A stretch of 64,000 nt of DNA from Lytechinus pictus (taxonomy: Eukaryota). The stretch lies in assembly GCF_037042905.1 (NCBI RefSeq), contig NC_087251.1:40550001-40614000 (forward strand), in the 5' to 3' direction. This document shows, piece after piece, positions 53,901 to 63,234 of this stretch. Position numbers and translations under genes: made by a program. The notes under the pieces are model-generated. The model did not search any database and was not told the DNA's origin. It saw only the letters and a program-made list of their open reading frames with translations. Every line of letters begins with the position of its first letter. The stretch's first letter is position 1.

Positions 53901-56900
53901 GGTTTGAACGAAGATCTTTTTAAATTGAAAATGCATCCAACAGGATGTTGCAATAATTGTAATGGGTGTATTGAAACTGTAAGTCATTTCCTCACTGAAT
54001 GCCGAAAATACATTATAGAAAGGTCTATGTTACTTGTCGAAACCCATATAACTGATACTAAGGAAATAATGACTTTACTGAAAAGTGCACAAAACAAAAA
54101 GCAAAAGTCCATCGTCCGCTTTAAGGACAAAGCGATTGTTTGAGAAACGGTAAATCTAGGTAGCTAGCTATGCAGAATTTTGGTTGCTATCTTGTTCTCT
54201 TCTTTATCAGTTAATTGTCTCATGATTATGAAATTAATATTTCACTGAGAAGACTTTTGTCATCAATGCAAGACTTTTCTGAGGTATTACAAAATGTAAT
54301 GACTTCGTGGCCACCGCTCAATAGCGAAATGATTTTAGAAATATATTTTCTTTACTTAATCATATCTTACATACTACTATATTTGAAAATTTATATATGT
54401 ATATATTTGTGTGGGTATATGCATGTATATATATCAGCTATTGGAAGTTATATAACTATTGCAATTATTATTCATTAACTTAATCAGTCGCGCGTTGGAT
54501 GTACACACGATATATGTTATAATACTTTTTTCATCTCTAACCGCCCACAATATCTTGCAACTAACCTTGGATGATTGGTCGCAAAGCATCCCACACTATA
54601 TAATTTACTGTCAATATTATGCAATGTGATAGATTATGTTTTATCTTTGTTAAAGCTTTGACTTTAAGAAAGAAAAAGGAAGACATCTCCCTGTGTCTTG
54701 CTGGGGTTTCCTTCTTTCTTTTTTCTTTGCAAAAGAGGGAGAGAAGAAAGGATAAATTAATAGTTATGACAAAAAAATATATATTAAAAAAGTAATAGAA
54801 ACAAAATTAAAATAATAAAATAACCACCAAAGTGTATTGACACTTCCCTTTTGTATTTGCTGGATTTCATGTTTGAAGGCTCTTTTTCCATACAGACAAG
54901 TGTCAATCGACTGACTGAGGGTCACAAGGAGGAGGAAGGGCTTCCTCCCACAAGGGCCCCTTTTTATTTTCCATGTAGGTAGGTTAAAGGCGTTTTACCC
55001 TGGAAAGATCAAACCTCAAGATGTTGATGGACCTGAATCCACCGACGGGACAGCCGTAACCCCGTAACTCTGGTACGGGTGTGGGAGGGGGCTCTTCTTT
55101 CTTTGCCTGTCTCTCTTTCAGTCATTTCAAATCAGTTTTTTTTTCCTATCTTATCACTTCTTGATATCATAAATCCTTTCTCTCTCCGTCTTTACTTTAT
55201 GGGTCAATATAACCCCAGGAAATATATCTTAGGCCACTGAGAATATTTGAATTGTAACTAATCAACAACAAAAAAAAAAAAAAAAAAAAAAAGGCTGAAT
55301 ATATCACAAATGGTGCTTGGTACACTAAGAATTCAAAGTACCGAAAAACTTGTTAAAACGTTATCCCCTCTTGTTAGAATGATTTTCTTTTATATAATAT
55401 CTCATAGATCGTCGATCAACAACCTTATCGTTTTCGGGAAGTAATCCCCCTATTGTTTGCTGATATCTTATTCCTCAGTTTTTTGTTTCATATGTATTTA
55501 AATGTTTTTTTTTTTTTAAGGAATGAATATACAAGAAATATTGGAAAAAAGTAATATAAAAATAATAATAATAAATAAAATTGTTACCCTACTTTTCATA
55601 CAGTGGGTGGCAAAAATAGTCAATCATGACTTATTGCCAAATAAAAACAAGGAATGGAATGATGGAATGGAGATGGAGGTAGTTACATTGGTTTTTATCC
55701 ACGTTGGGCCCATTTCTCAACACCGGGACAGGTTAGTCATTTTATCCGACGGAGTTAGCTCCAAACCGTTTCACGTAAGGTTTCCTAACTAGAATCCTCG
55801 ATACTATCGGCATAAAGAGTAGACGATGTGTATTTGAGTTTTGTCAGACGTGTATCAATCAGATATGATTATTTACGTCTGGGTCCGACCTTTAACGTCA
55901 CCATCCGAAAGATGTGACCAGGGCTCGAACCGTGAACCTCTGCATCAATTTGTAACTTCCCCCACATAGCTTGGATTACAGGCGCACGCCACAACGTCCA
56001 GTTAAGGCTACGAGACGTAGCCTTAGTCACAAAATAGCATAATTTTCAAAAAGTAAAACCATGATTAAACTTAATTATTGTGATGAATTGGGGAATGCAT
56101 ATAATACTAATAACAATGATATATAATAATACTAATAATATTAATAATAATACTTGTATAGTAGAGGCAAAATATGCATCATACATACTTAAACCACGGA
56201 AACTTGAGCATTCAATTGCTGAGAAAATGAAATTATGAATAATTCATTTCATGACTCAAAAATCACATGTGAACGCTGAGATGGGTACCCCCGGGATATC
56301 AATTTTTCATAGATCATGGAAGTGAACCATAATTTTTTTTGGTAAAATGGTGGTACTTCTACGCTTTTTATGATTCCAAATATCATCAAAATAGAGTAAC
56401 ATAAATTGTATAAATCCCAAGATACCGATATATAATGATTTGACAAATTTTTATGCATAAAGTAGCGGATAGAATTTATCAAAATCTTGATAAGGGTCTC
56501 AAAACAAAGAATAGCAGTCAAATTATGGATGGCCAGAATCTTTAATTTATCGATTAAAATGAATGGTTTTGTGGCGTTTTATTAAAGGTTTTTATAGTTT
56601 CTATGCATTACATTATCGAATGATCCTACCGGGTACCCCACATGTTTTTGCAATTGAATTTCCACTTCTATGATTGATTACATAAGATTATAATTTGTCA
56701 TATTTCTAGGTACTTCGCATTTGCATGTCATAGTTTCCCCACGTGATGCCACTACGTCATTACCATGGACCTACTACAAGGTCCATGGTCATTCTAAAAG
56801 AAGTTATGACAGGGTTGGAGGTGTCTTAAATACTTCGTCAGTTTGTTGTCCCTGATCTTGGCAAAGAGGGCATCGTAAAACGGTTATCAGACAAGTATAG

Positions 56901-59845
56901 CTCACTATCTCCGATAAAGTCAAAAAGTTAGATTTATGAAGGTGTTGAGAATCGAGCCGTTGGTTTACTAGCAGTGTTTATCAAACCGACTAACCCCATC
57001 ATAGGGAAACGGTAACCCATATCAATTCAGCCCGTTTGCTAAATTTTGGTATATCTGTCCCTCAATTGGGGCTAACTGCCATGGGGTCTAATGCCCAGAT
57101 CGTTTAACATTCGATACGTATCTTGAATTTTTCGCACTCTCTAAAAATGTGGCCCATGAATAGTGCATACATGGACCATGGAGCTGGACCTAGGTCCATC
57201 GTTTATTTAGTCATATAGCCCTATAGACTCATTGGCCCGTATTCTGAAGTCAGGTTTAACTTAGACCATGGTCTAAGTCTGTGCTAAAGTTATGGGAAGC
57301 CAAAAGTGTCAAAATTAATATTGCATTGTATGTTTCTTGTTTACTCTGCTCTTTCCTGGTTCTTTGATTGTGAAGACAATTATCTATTCATAACTCCTAG
57401 ACAATTGAGAATGATTTGAGAGTCAACTGAGCTGAAATATTACATCTCTACTGTTAGTGATTTATGTCACAATTGGCTTTCCATACTTAAACTACAACTT
57501 TAGACCTGAGTTTAAATGAGACCCGAGTTTAGAATACGGGCCATTGATGTTAAAACAAATGGATCAATTAGATGAAATGAGTAGGTTTATTGTCTGACTG
57601 GGAATTAGACAAAACAAAATTATCATAAATGGGCTAACTATATCGAAAAGTATGACATCATTATGATATGGAAAAACACACAAATATAATTAATCTAAAA
57701 GAAACCAAATTCATGAAAATTGTGGTACGTCTTACTCAGGTGCATTGAATGTCTCCCATCGCACGAATGTACGAATCAATTGCTTCCTTAGAAATTTTGT
57801 TACACTTTATAAAAATTGTCTCCTTAACTAAATATGACAATTCCATGGAATATTATTATCGTATATATATAAATTTTGTGGCATATATTGTGTTGACAAT
57901 CACATACTGTGGAAAGAATATATTATATTGTATTTTCAACAAAGGTACCATGTGGAAGTGTAAAAAGAAGGAAAAATAATAAATGGGCTAAGTGGTAATT
58001 GAACCAAATGTTTCTTAGAAGAACTCGGATTTTATCATGATTTGGGATGATTTCAAACGGGAAATGGACAAAGTGCCAAAACTGGTATAGGCCTATGATT
58101 CGAAAACTGTGCAGAGGCCATAGAGAGCGATGTAAGTGGAAAAAAAAATCTGAATATTTCTCAGCTCTACATTACTACTACAACTGCTACTACTATTAGT
58201 ACTACTAATGAATATCAGTAATTAATAACAATATATGATAATAACAATCATAACAGTAATAAAAGTAACAGTAACAATAATGGCAAATTATGTAAAGCCC
58301 ATATTTATCAGATATCCACAGTATTATGGCTTTAATAGTAAGGCACTTCTGCGTTTTATTGTCTCACCTGCAAAGCAGAGCGAGACTATCGACGCCGCTT
58401 TTCCAATGGCGGCGGCGTTGTCAACATTGAAATCTTAACCAAGTTTAGGTTTTTGAAATGTCATCATAACTTAGAAAGTACATGGACATAGTTTATGAAA
58501 CTAAGACATAAGGGTAATAGTGTATCACTGAAGATCCTGCCTGAGTTTCAGGTCACATGACCAAGGCCAAATGTCATTTTAGCGTCAACGAACTTTGATA
58601 ATGTTGAGGGTATTTGAGAATTATCATCATAACTTTAAAAGTTTATGGATCTATACAGTTCATGAAACTTGGACATAAGAGTAACAATGTATCCCTGGAT
58701 GTCCTGTGTGTATTTCAGGTCACATGACCAAGATCAAAGGTCATTTAAGGTCAATGAACTTTGGCCGTTTTGGGGGTATTTGTTGAATTTGCATCATAAC
58801 TTAGAAAGTTCGTGGATCTACACGTATGTAGTTCATTAAACATTGACATAGGGGTAATCAAGTATGTTTTGCACATGTGTTAGGTCACATGACTATGGTC
58901 AAAGGTCATGTTGGGTCAATCGACATAGTATTTTATTATCATACGAGTGTTTTTGGTGAATAATTATTCAATAGCTGTTTTCAAAGTCAGCACTGTTGGT
59001 ATATCAAAATATTGAATCGTGTAATGCCAAAGGCGTTCCACTTGTAATGACTATTTGCTACTACATACATGGGTGGAGTATGGTGATGTAGACCTATGTC
59101 TTGCCAAAGAACCATCGCTTTGAATAGGATATGAACCCCGTGCCATTATCAAATTGACAATAATAAATTTCACTCATTCTATTTTAAGCTATCATCAAAT
59201 GCTATGTGTGAATCATATTTAACACAAGCTGTCACCATTTCATTCAAACCATTTAACTGTATTCTTAAAAAAAACACGTTTGAACAAACAAAAGTACATG
59301 ACAAATACGTAATATAACGTGACAAGGTCTAATCAACAAAAACACTGACAGAAAACAATATTGTGATGTAACGTTGTAGAACCCATTGTAGAAAAGATGT
59401 TTGAACAAACACAATATTTAACGAATAAATAAACGTGATAACGTTACAAGCTCCGTTGTAAATCTTTAAGTTTACCGCCTTTGATTCATCATAGTGGTTA
59501 ATTGTTGATTGTAAACATCAATCAAGGCCTACACCTCAATCACAAGAGAAAATGATCTTGTAAACTAAATTTAGAACCTATATGCAGAAAATATATCTCT
59601 GATTGATCATTGAATACATGATACCTACCTCCGCCATTCTTGTAACACAGATAAGGGAAACGCCAGACGTTTCCAAGACCAACAGATGCTCCTATCAGAG
59701 CGAGCAGAAAGTCCAGTTGACTGGTCCAGGTGCCACGGTCTTTCTTTCCATCTTCCTTCTCCATCTTCTTATTCAGTAGCTCCTTCTCGTTTAGTTCTTT
59801 GGCTACAGGAGCCATTGCCGCAGAGTCGTGGTTCATGTCTCCCAT
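936..59845 (-). CDS. SLC6/NSS-family Na+/Cl- dependent transporter (GABA/taurine/creatine/betaine branch), 9 coding exons in window, 3' end outside window
   Basis: Exons 59845-59629, 47001-46870, 46418-46118, 45553-45415, 42723-42589, 28339-28236, 16431-16307, 7169-7057 and 1073-936 join in frame (1404 nt, 468 aa). All have AG/GT ends and matching phases. Motifs: [78 protein letters not shown]. Confidence 0.97.
1628..3429. mobile_element. Helentron/DINE-1-like non-autonomous element with internal tandem repeats (copy A, split by the solo LTR)
   Basis: Subterminal gtctcgcctgca at one end; (GCC)n plus gtctcgctctgc...cgagac stem at the other; internal tgacc-rich tandem units; homologous to copies B-D. 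Confidence 0.75.
2294..3120. mobile_element. Probable solo LTR nested in a Helentron-like element
   Basis: 827-bp insert starting TGT and ending ACA; 5-bp TSD atcct (2289-2293, 3121-3125). Removal restores the host repeat unit tacttgattatccttatgtctaagtttcatgaactagg. Confidence 0.75.
5610..6005. mobile_element. MITE with GGGCGATTCCAT TIRs and 4-bp TSD
   Basis: gggcgattccat...atggaatcgccc; atag duplicated at 5606-5609 and 6006-6009; internal repeats of gtcccgtacgacac in both orientations. Confidence 0.85.
6236..6456. mobile_element. CACT-terminated MITE rich in ttttacccaa motifs (relative at about 198-442)
   Basis: cactctaaaaag...ttttttagagtg termini; internal ttttacccaata repeats. Confidence 0.65.
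6758..6996. mobile_element. CACTG-terminated MITE with TA flanks
   Basis: ta|cactgcgaaaac...gtttttgcagtg|ta; TIRs of about 70 bp; inverted relative to the other copies; lies 60 bp from the exon 8 donor. Confidence 0.87.
7057..7169 (-). CDS. SLC6 coding exon 8 (EL4-TM8)
   Basis: tattatag|GA CCC; encodes [38 protein letters not shown]; donor CAG|gtaaga; 113 nt. Confidence 0.96.
7288..10110 (-). mobile_element. 5'-truncated L2/CR1-group LINE (RT region plus 3' UTR)
   Basis: ORF 8762-9796 has [27 protein letters not shown] and FADD; the C-terminal part continues at 7930-8377. (AAATCT)n tail at about 7288-7309. Possible 6-bp TSD aacatg at 7282-7287 and 10111-10116. Confidence 0.92.
8378..8830. 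mobile_element. Non-autonomous TIR element inserted into the LINE RT (4-bp TSD)
   Basis: Ends gggctattcca...tggaattgccc; ccat duplicated at 8374-8377 and 8831-8834. Removing it restores the LINE frame [23 protein letters not shown]. Confidence 0.88.
12951..13558. repeat. Long imperfect inverted repeat (arms about 208 bp, spacer about 190 bp), likely old foldback element or MITE
   Basis: 12951-13159 is the approximate reverse complement of 13352-13558 (ttgacacctcacaaatcc / ggatttgtgaggtgtcaa). Confidence 0.85.
14355..14583. repeat. Tandem duplication of about 112 bp
   Basis: ttctcatattcaatctcgcaagaaatggttgc...gacgccgttgacgctt occurs twice. Confidence 0.9.
16307..16431 (-). CDS. SLC6 coding exon 7 (TM7)
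   Basis: ttctttcag|G GAT; encodes [41 protein letters not shown]; donor G|gtcagt; 125 nt. Confidence 0.96.
16676..17325. mobile_element. Degenerate piggyBac-like MITE
   Basis: Starts ttaa|ccc; subterminal palindromic gctga(t/a)tcagccc motif near both ends; right end unclear. Confidence 0.45.
18058..18327. mobile_element. MITE (degenerate TIRs cagggacccgtct / agacggggccctg)
   Basis: Imperfect TIRs of about 35 bp; similar small elements at about 19089-19227 and 22835-23052. Confidence 0.6.
21438..21970. repeat. Related tgaccttgacc tandem-repeat element, about 3 units of roughly 140 bp
   Basis: Repeated tgctagtatcatacacacc...ggttaagttaaactgaagttatcgc; ends in acggacggac. Confidence 0.65.
22308..22520 (+). 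mobile_element. tRNA-derived SINE
   Basis: A box tagctcagtcgg and B box ggttcgatttc, then gtgccctttggcaaggcattaatc and gaggaccttaagcc core; A-rich end. Confidence 0.75.
23500..23720 (-). mobile_element. tRNA-derived SINE with L2-like tail
   Basis: Minus strand: gtggcccagtgg A box, ggtccgaatcc B box, core cagcaagaaatt...gcactcaacccaggtgaggtgaattggtacc, tail aagcgc...ctgcgctata. Confidence 0.75.
25794..26039. mobile_element. CACTG-terminated MITE with TA flanks
   Basis: ta|cactgcaaaaac...gtttttgcagtg|ta; long TIRs. Confidence 0.87.
28236..28339 (-). CDS. SLC6 coding exon 6 (TM6)
   Basis: ttgtcag|GTA TGG; encodes [34 protein letters not shown](R); donor AG|gtaatc; 104 nt. Confidence 0.96.
29080..29300 (-). 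mobile_element. Second copy of the tRNA-derived SINE with L2-like tail
   Basis: Shares ccggtaccca...cacctgggtt...gagtgc...aatttcttgctgaa with the 23500 copy; abuts the minisatellite. Confidence 0.7.
29320..31920. repeat. Minisatellite of about 2.6 kb, 48-bp unit with 38-bp variants
   Basis: Unit tcatttcttacatggacacgccctctttcaccagcctctcactccctc; it produces the repetitive ORFs seen in all three + frames. Confidence 0.98.
34762..35978. mobile_element. Helentron/DINE-1-like element, copy B
   Basis: Same ends (caagtggagtgcctctggcagtctcgcctg ... gtctcgctctgctatgtgcaggcgagac); about 5-6 internal units of roughly 160-190 bp. Confidence 0.8.
36317..36754. mobile_element. MITE with CCGTGTTTACACTTAATCGGCA TIRs, copy 1
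   Basis: Perfect 22-bp TIRs, TA on both sides, internal palindromic cgcggttcagaaccgcg motifs. Confidence 0.9.
36791..37237. mobile_element. MITE with CCGTGTTTACACTTAATCGGCA TIRs, copy 2
   Basis: Near-identical to copy 1, with an extra 10 nt or so around 37090-37100. Confidence 0.9.
38143..38404. mobile_element. Helentron/DINE-1-like element, short copy C
   Basis: Same terminal modules with about one internal unit. Confidence 0.7.
41690..41860. mobile_element. Short hairpin-type MITE
   Basis: Perfect inverted arms of about 50 bp: gtttcataaagctgttcgtaagttaagagcgactttaagaacgactggtga. Confidence 0.85.
42589..42723 (-). CDS. SLC6 coding exon 5 (TM5)
   Basis: ttttctaccag|GTG; encodes [45 protein letters not shown]; donor CAG|gtaaga; 135 nt. 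Confidence 0.96.
45415..45553 (-). CDS. SLC6 coding exon 4 (TM4)
   Basis: tctag|C CGC AAG...; encodes [46 protein letters not shown]; donor AAG|gtaaaa; 139 nt. Confidence 0.96.
46118..46418 (-). CDS. SLC6 coding exon 3 (TM3 and EL2)
   Basis: catcag|GT TTG...; encodes [50 protein letters not shown]...EFW; donor GA|gtaagt; 301 nt; four N-x-S/T sequons (NDT, NDS, NLT, NGT) in EL2. Confidence 0.96.
46870..47001 (-). CDS. SLC6 coding exon 2 (TM2)
   Basis: ttaccag|GT GCA TTT...; encodes [44 protein letters not shown]; donor G|gttagt; 132 nt, phase 1-1. Not in the ORF track. Confidence 0.96.
48526..48728. mobile_element. MITE with TIRs of about 50 bp and exact TSD
   Basis: tagtcttgatctggacgtt...aacgtccagatctagacta; gggtaaatc duplicated at 48517-48525 and 48729-48737 (the TSD reads as 7 bp if the ends are CTAG). 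Confidence 0.88.
49021..50382 (+). pseudogene. LINE ORF1 (gag-like nucleic-acid binding protein), frameshifted
   Basis: Pieces 49021-49350 and 49696-50382; [27 protein letters not shown] and [15 protein letters not shown] knuckles. Confidence 0.9.
50366..54143 (+). pseudogene. LINE ORF2 (AP endonuclease, reverse transcriptase, RNase H), broken by stops and frameshifts
   Basis: [68 protein letters not shown]. RNase [39 protein letters not shown]-terminal CNNC...HFLTEC. Confidence 0.93.
55826..56003 (-). mobile_element. SINE-like element with a 7SL (SRP RNA) Alu-domain-like head
   Basis: Minus strand: actggacgttgtggcgtgcgcctgtaatccaagctatgtgggg, then B box ggttcgagccc and core ctttcggatggtgacgttaaaggtcggaccc. 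Confidence 0.6.
57233..57543. mobile_element. MITE (tggcccgtattct TIRs)
   Basis: tggcccgtattctgaa...ttagaatacgggcca. Confidence 0.7.
58359..59045. mobile_element. Helentron/DINE-1-like element, copy D (opposite orientation)
   Basis: ttgtctcacctgcaaagcagagcgagac...ggcggcggcg...ggcgttccacttgt is the reverse complement of copies A and B. Confidence 0.78.
59629..59845 (-). CDS. SLC6 coding exon 1 (N-terminus, TM1)
   Basis: MGDMNHDS...[36 protein letters not shown]; donor G|gtaggt. An acceptor ttcttgcattttcag lies 8 nt upstream of the ATG (exon starts at 59853), implying an upstream non-coding exon. Confidence 0.95.
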
Positions 59846-60463
59846 TCAGCAAGCTGAAAATGCAAGAAGTCCATAAGCATTCAATCTCAATCTCAAACAC
59901 AGGCCGGCCTATTCACTATCGTTTCATTATATTTGAAATTAATACGTGAATCAAAATAATGCTTCGGCACTTATATAGTCATACTACAATATTAACTTAT
60001 TGTCACTTTCTCAACACCCAATCGCCAGACAAGCAGATATAAGCGGGAAGGAATGGATTATCCTTTTTTTTTCAATAAATCGAAGATGTATTCAGTCATG
60101 ATAAAGTCAAATAGAAGAGGGATATTGGTTACGCAATGAAGAAAATTAATATGCCATTATTTGCAATCAATAAAATAGTCTAATTTGATATTCTAGTATC
60201 AGGAATTTGAACCTTGCTATGAGATATATTTCGCAAACATAAAATTGAAATAAGGAAACATGCAACATTCATGTATAACGCTTCATACCATTACATAATG
60301 TTCTAAGCACTGTGTACTGTTATGCAATAGTTATATAAATTATTCAATACAATTAATGGCAAAACAAAGTAGGCCTATGAATAATGAACAGCCTATGATA
60401 AAGTATCAAACGTCAAATGGTGGGAGGAACCTAGGATAAACGGTTTGTGTCATCACACCCGGC

Positions 60464-60604
60464 CATTTGAGAAAAGGGCCCCCTAAATTCCTGAAAGGTC
60501 AGGTCCAGTTTACCCAATATTTTGTGAAAATTATGAGCCATAGAGCAAGGGGGGCAAACTGGACCCGACCGTTCCGGAATTTAGGGGCCCATTTTATCGA
60601 ATGT
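60464..60604. repeat. GC-rich imperfect inverted repeat upstream of the first coding exon
   Basis: gggccccctaaattcc...ggtccagttt pairs with aaactggacc...ggaatttaggggccc. Confidence 0.7.
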
Positions 60605-61296
60605 TCGGGTTTCGCGATTGCCCGACCGGACGCGACTATTCGATGTGATGGCACATGCCGGACATCGCTTTTAGGGACACAAATTCCACTTCGAAGGATT
60701 GGAGAATAATTTCTTGCTTTTCTCGAGATAGAGGTCATATGCTATATCTTTGGGCCATACTTCCCCTATATAAGCTACAGTGTGGCAACGCCCAATTATC
60801 ATTGTTTCTTCCATCCCACCGCTGCCACCAATTAAAATGTTCATCTCCACGACCTTATCCCAAGTTTCACCACCCTGCGAACTCAACACTTTTAAAGTCT
60901 GTTAAGGTCGTATGGAAACGGGGAATAACGGTCGATCGATCTGCTTTATAACATATGACGTATAGATGTCTATAGTTTCTCTGAATAATCTCTTGTTTGT
61001 TCTGGCAAAAAGGGGACAACTGTTTGCACCTTGAAATATAAAAATAAATTAAAAGATTTGCGATCAATATTGACAGCACTCATACAGATACAAAAAATCA
61101 TAATGTAAAGTGAGGGATATAACTTTATTGCAATTGAAGGGTAATTGCGTTCCTGTAGATACAGCTCTATACAATATAAATGTTCGGCATCATAAAAGGT
61201 GATTGAAAATTCATCGTAAACAAAACGCCCCTTTTCGGTTTACAAATTTACATTTTCTTCCACCATTGTCAATCTACCCAGTACATTACAGATTAG

Positions 61297-61884
61297 TAAA
61301 AGGATAAGTCTACCCCCGACAAAAATTGATTTGAATAAAAAATAAATAATAAAACAAGCATAACACTGACAGAAAAATCATCAGAATCGGATGGGATATA
61401 AGAAAGTTATAACATTTTTGAGTTCTGTTTAATGTTACAAAACATTACATACACATTCTGGTATGTATGCAAATAAGGGGACGTCATCCACTCACCATTT
61501 CTTTTGTTGTTGTTTTATTATATGAAATATTTTAATTTTCTCCTCAATTTTATTATTCCTCCCTGAATATGTGGAAATTGGAATCACCATTTTTCTAACA
61601 TTTGTTGTTCAATCAAGGGTGTCCTTGTTGTCTAATTTGTAAAAATTGAAATAATGTATAATTCAAACAATAAAAAACATAATAGTGAGTGTGAGACATC
61701 ATATATTCTCTTATTTAAATATCACTGAGTTTTGCATATAAGTGTTTTGTGCAAAATAAGTGAAACTTAAATACGTCATATTTTACATCGGATCTTGATT
61801 AAACTTTCAGCATTTTACACTTCTTTGTTTTTTCTCTCTTGATTCAAATCAACCTTTTTTTTCTAGGGTGGACTTGACCTTTAA
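61297..61884. mobile_element. TTAA-associated non-autonomous element (Kolobok-like ends), copy 1
   Basis: aaaggataagtctacccc...gggtggacttgacctttaa; diverged homologue of 62363-62946. Confidence 0.7.
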
Positions 61885-62362
61885 GGATTCTTTTCTTCAG
61901 ATCTTGTTTTGGCACAAAGTAACATGAAGTATTCTTCACAGAATAATAATAATGATGATGATGGCTACTTGTATAGCGCACAGGTCCACCTTTCGGTGCT
62001 CACGGCGCTTCAGGAAAAGTAAACATATAATACACACAAACAATAATTTATTAATTAATGAAAAAGAAAACGAATAAAAATTTGAATCCTCCTGATAAAA
62101 CACACTATTAAACTGTTAATTGGAGAGGGGCAAATAAGTTTTTAGTTGGGACTTCAATGTTCCTGTTGATGAAATTTGGCGTAATTGGATGGGCAGTTGA
62201 TTCCATCGAATTAAGGGGACCGTAAATCATTGGCGGGCGTCTGGTCCTTCCTATCATGTCTCATTGGCACCCTCAGCCAAAAGTGTACAGACATATGATA
62301 CGCATTTGTTTTATTGTCGATTATTTCTTTTGTTAATCAGTGTGGTGCTATATGCTTTTTCC

Positions 62363-62946
62363 TTAAAGGACAAGTCCACCCCAGAAAAAAGTCGATTTGA
62401 ATGAAAAGAGAAAAAGATAACACTGAAAGTTTTATCAAAATCGTATGTAAAATAAGAAAGTGATGACAGTATTTCATAAGACAATTATATGCACATCCTG
62501 GTCGGTATGCAAATTAGGGGACTTATGACATCACCCAGTCACCCACTCACTGTTTCTTATATATTTTAATAATGAAATATGCAATATTCTAATTTTCTCC
62601 TCAATGCCATGAGAAACAAAGTTTTATTCCTCCTGCACATGTAAAATTACATTTGTTTTTGCATTTTATGGTTCGGTCAATTTGATCCTTATAAGTTATT
62701 GTCAAATCTGTAAAAATTGAAATATTGTAATATTCAAACAATAAAAAACAAAAGAAATAGTGAGTGAGGCACACCATTGACTCTCTCATTTGCATCTTAC
62801 CGTGTTTTGTGAAAATCAAGCAAAACTATACAATTTCATAGCTTTCTCATTTTACATCCGATTTTGATGAAATTTTCAGCATTATCCTTGTTTGATTTTT
62901 TCTATTGATTCAAATCAACATTTTTCTGGGTTGGACTTGACCTATA
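62363..62946. mobile_element. TTAA-associated non-autonomous element (Kolobok-like ends), copy 2
   Basis: ttaaaggacaagtccacccc...gggttggacttgacctataa. Confidence 0.72.
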
Positions 62947-63234
62947 AAAAAAACCTAACATAGCGATAGATTACTACACCTGTCATGGTCTGTCAATATG
63001 TTATGCCGGGAATGCTGGAATAGCAGTTTTCTAACTGAAGTAAATAGGTAAATAAAACGTTATTGTTACTATTGGCAGCGACATCGTGTGTGTGATGGGA
63101 GGGCAGTGTTGTCCGAAATTTTAAAATTTCATAACTTTCCTCTTTTACATTCAATAATGATGACATTTTTCGACGTTATGCTAGTTTTATTCTTATCCCA
63201 CATTCAAAGCAACTTGCTCTTTATCAACTTATTA

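Larger units (their letters stand above)
48740..55292 (+). mobile_element. Near full-length, disrupted I-clade (I/Nimb-like) non-LTR retrotransposon
   Basis: ORF1 from 49021 with three zinc knuckles; ORF2 with APE, RT, RNase H and C-terminal CCHC; about 1.1 kb of 3' UTR and A23 at 55270-55292. The 5' boundary is approximate and no exact TSD was found. Confidence 0.92.

Noticed and set aside
55960..56003. Human Alu contamination or a true 7SL gene
   Set aside because: Similarity is limited to about 44 nt at roughly 75%, there is no Alu body or S domain, and it continues into a non-mammalian SINE-like core.
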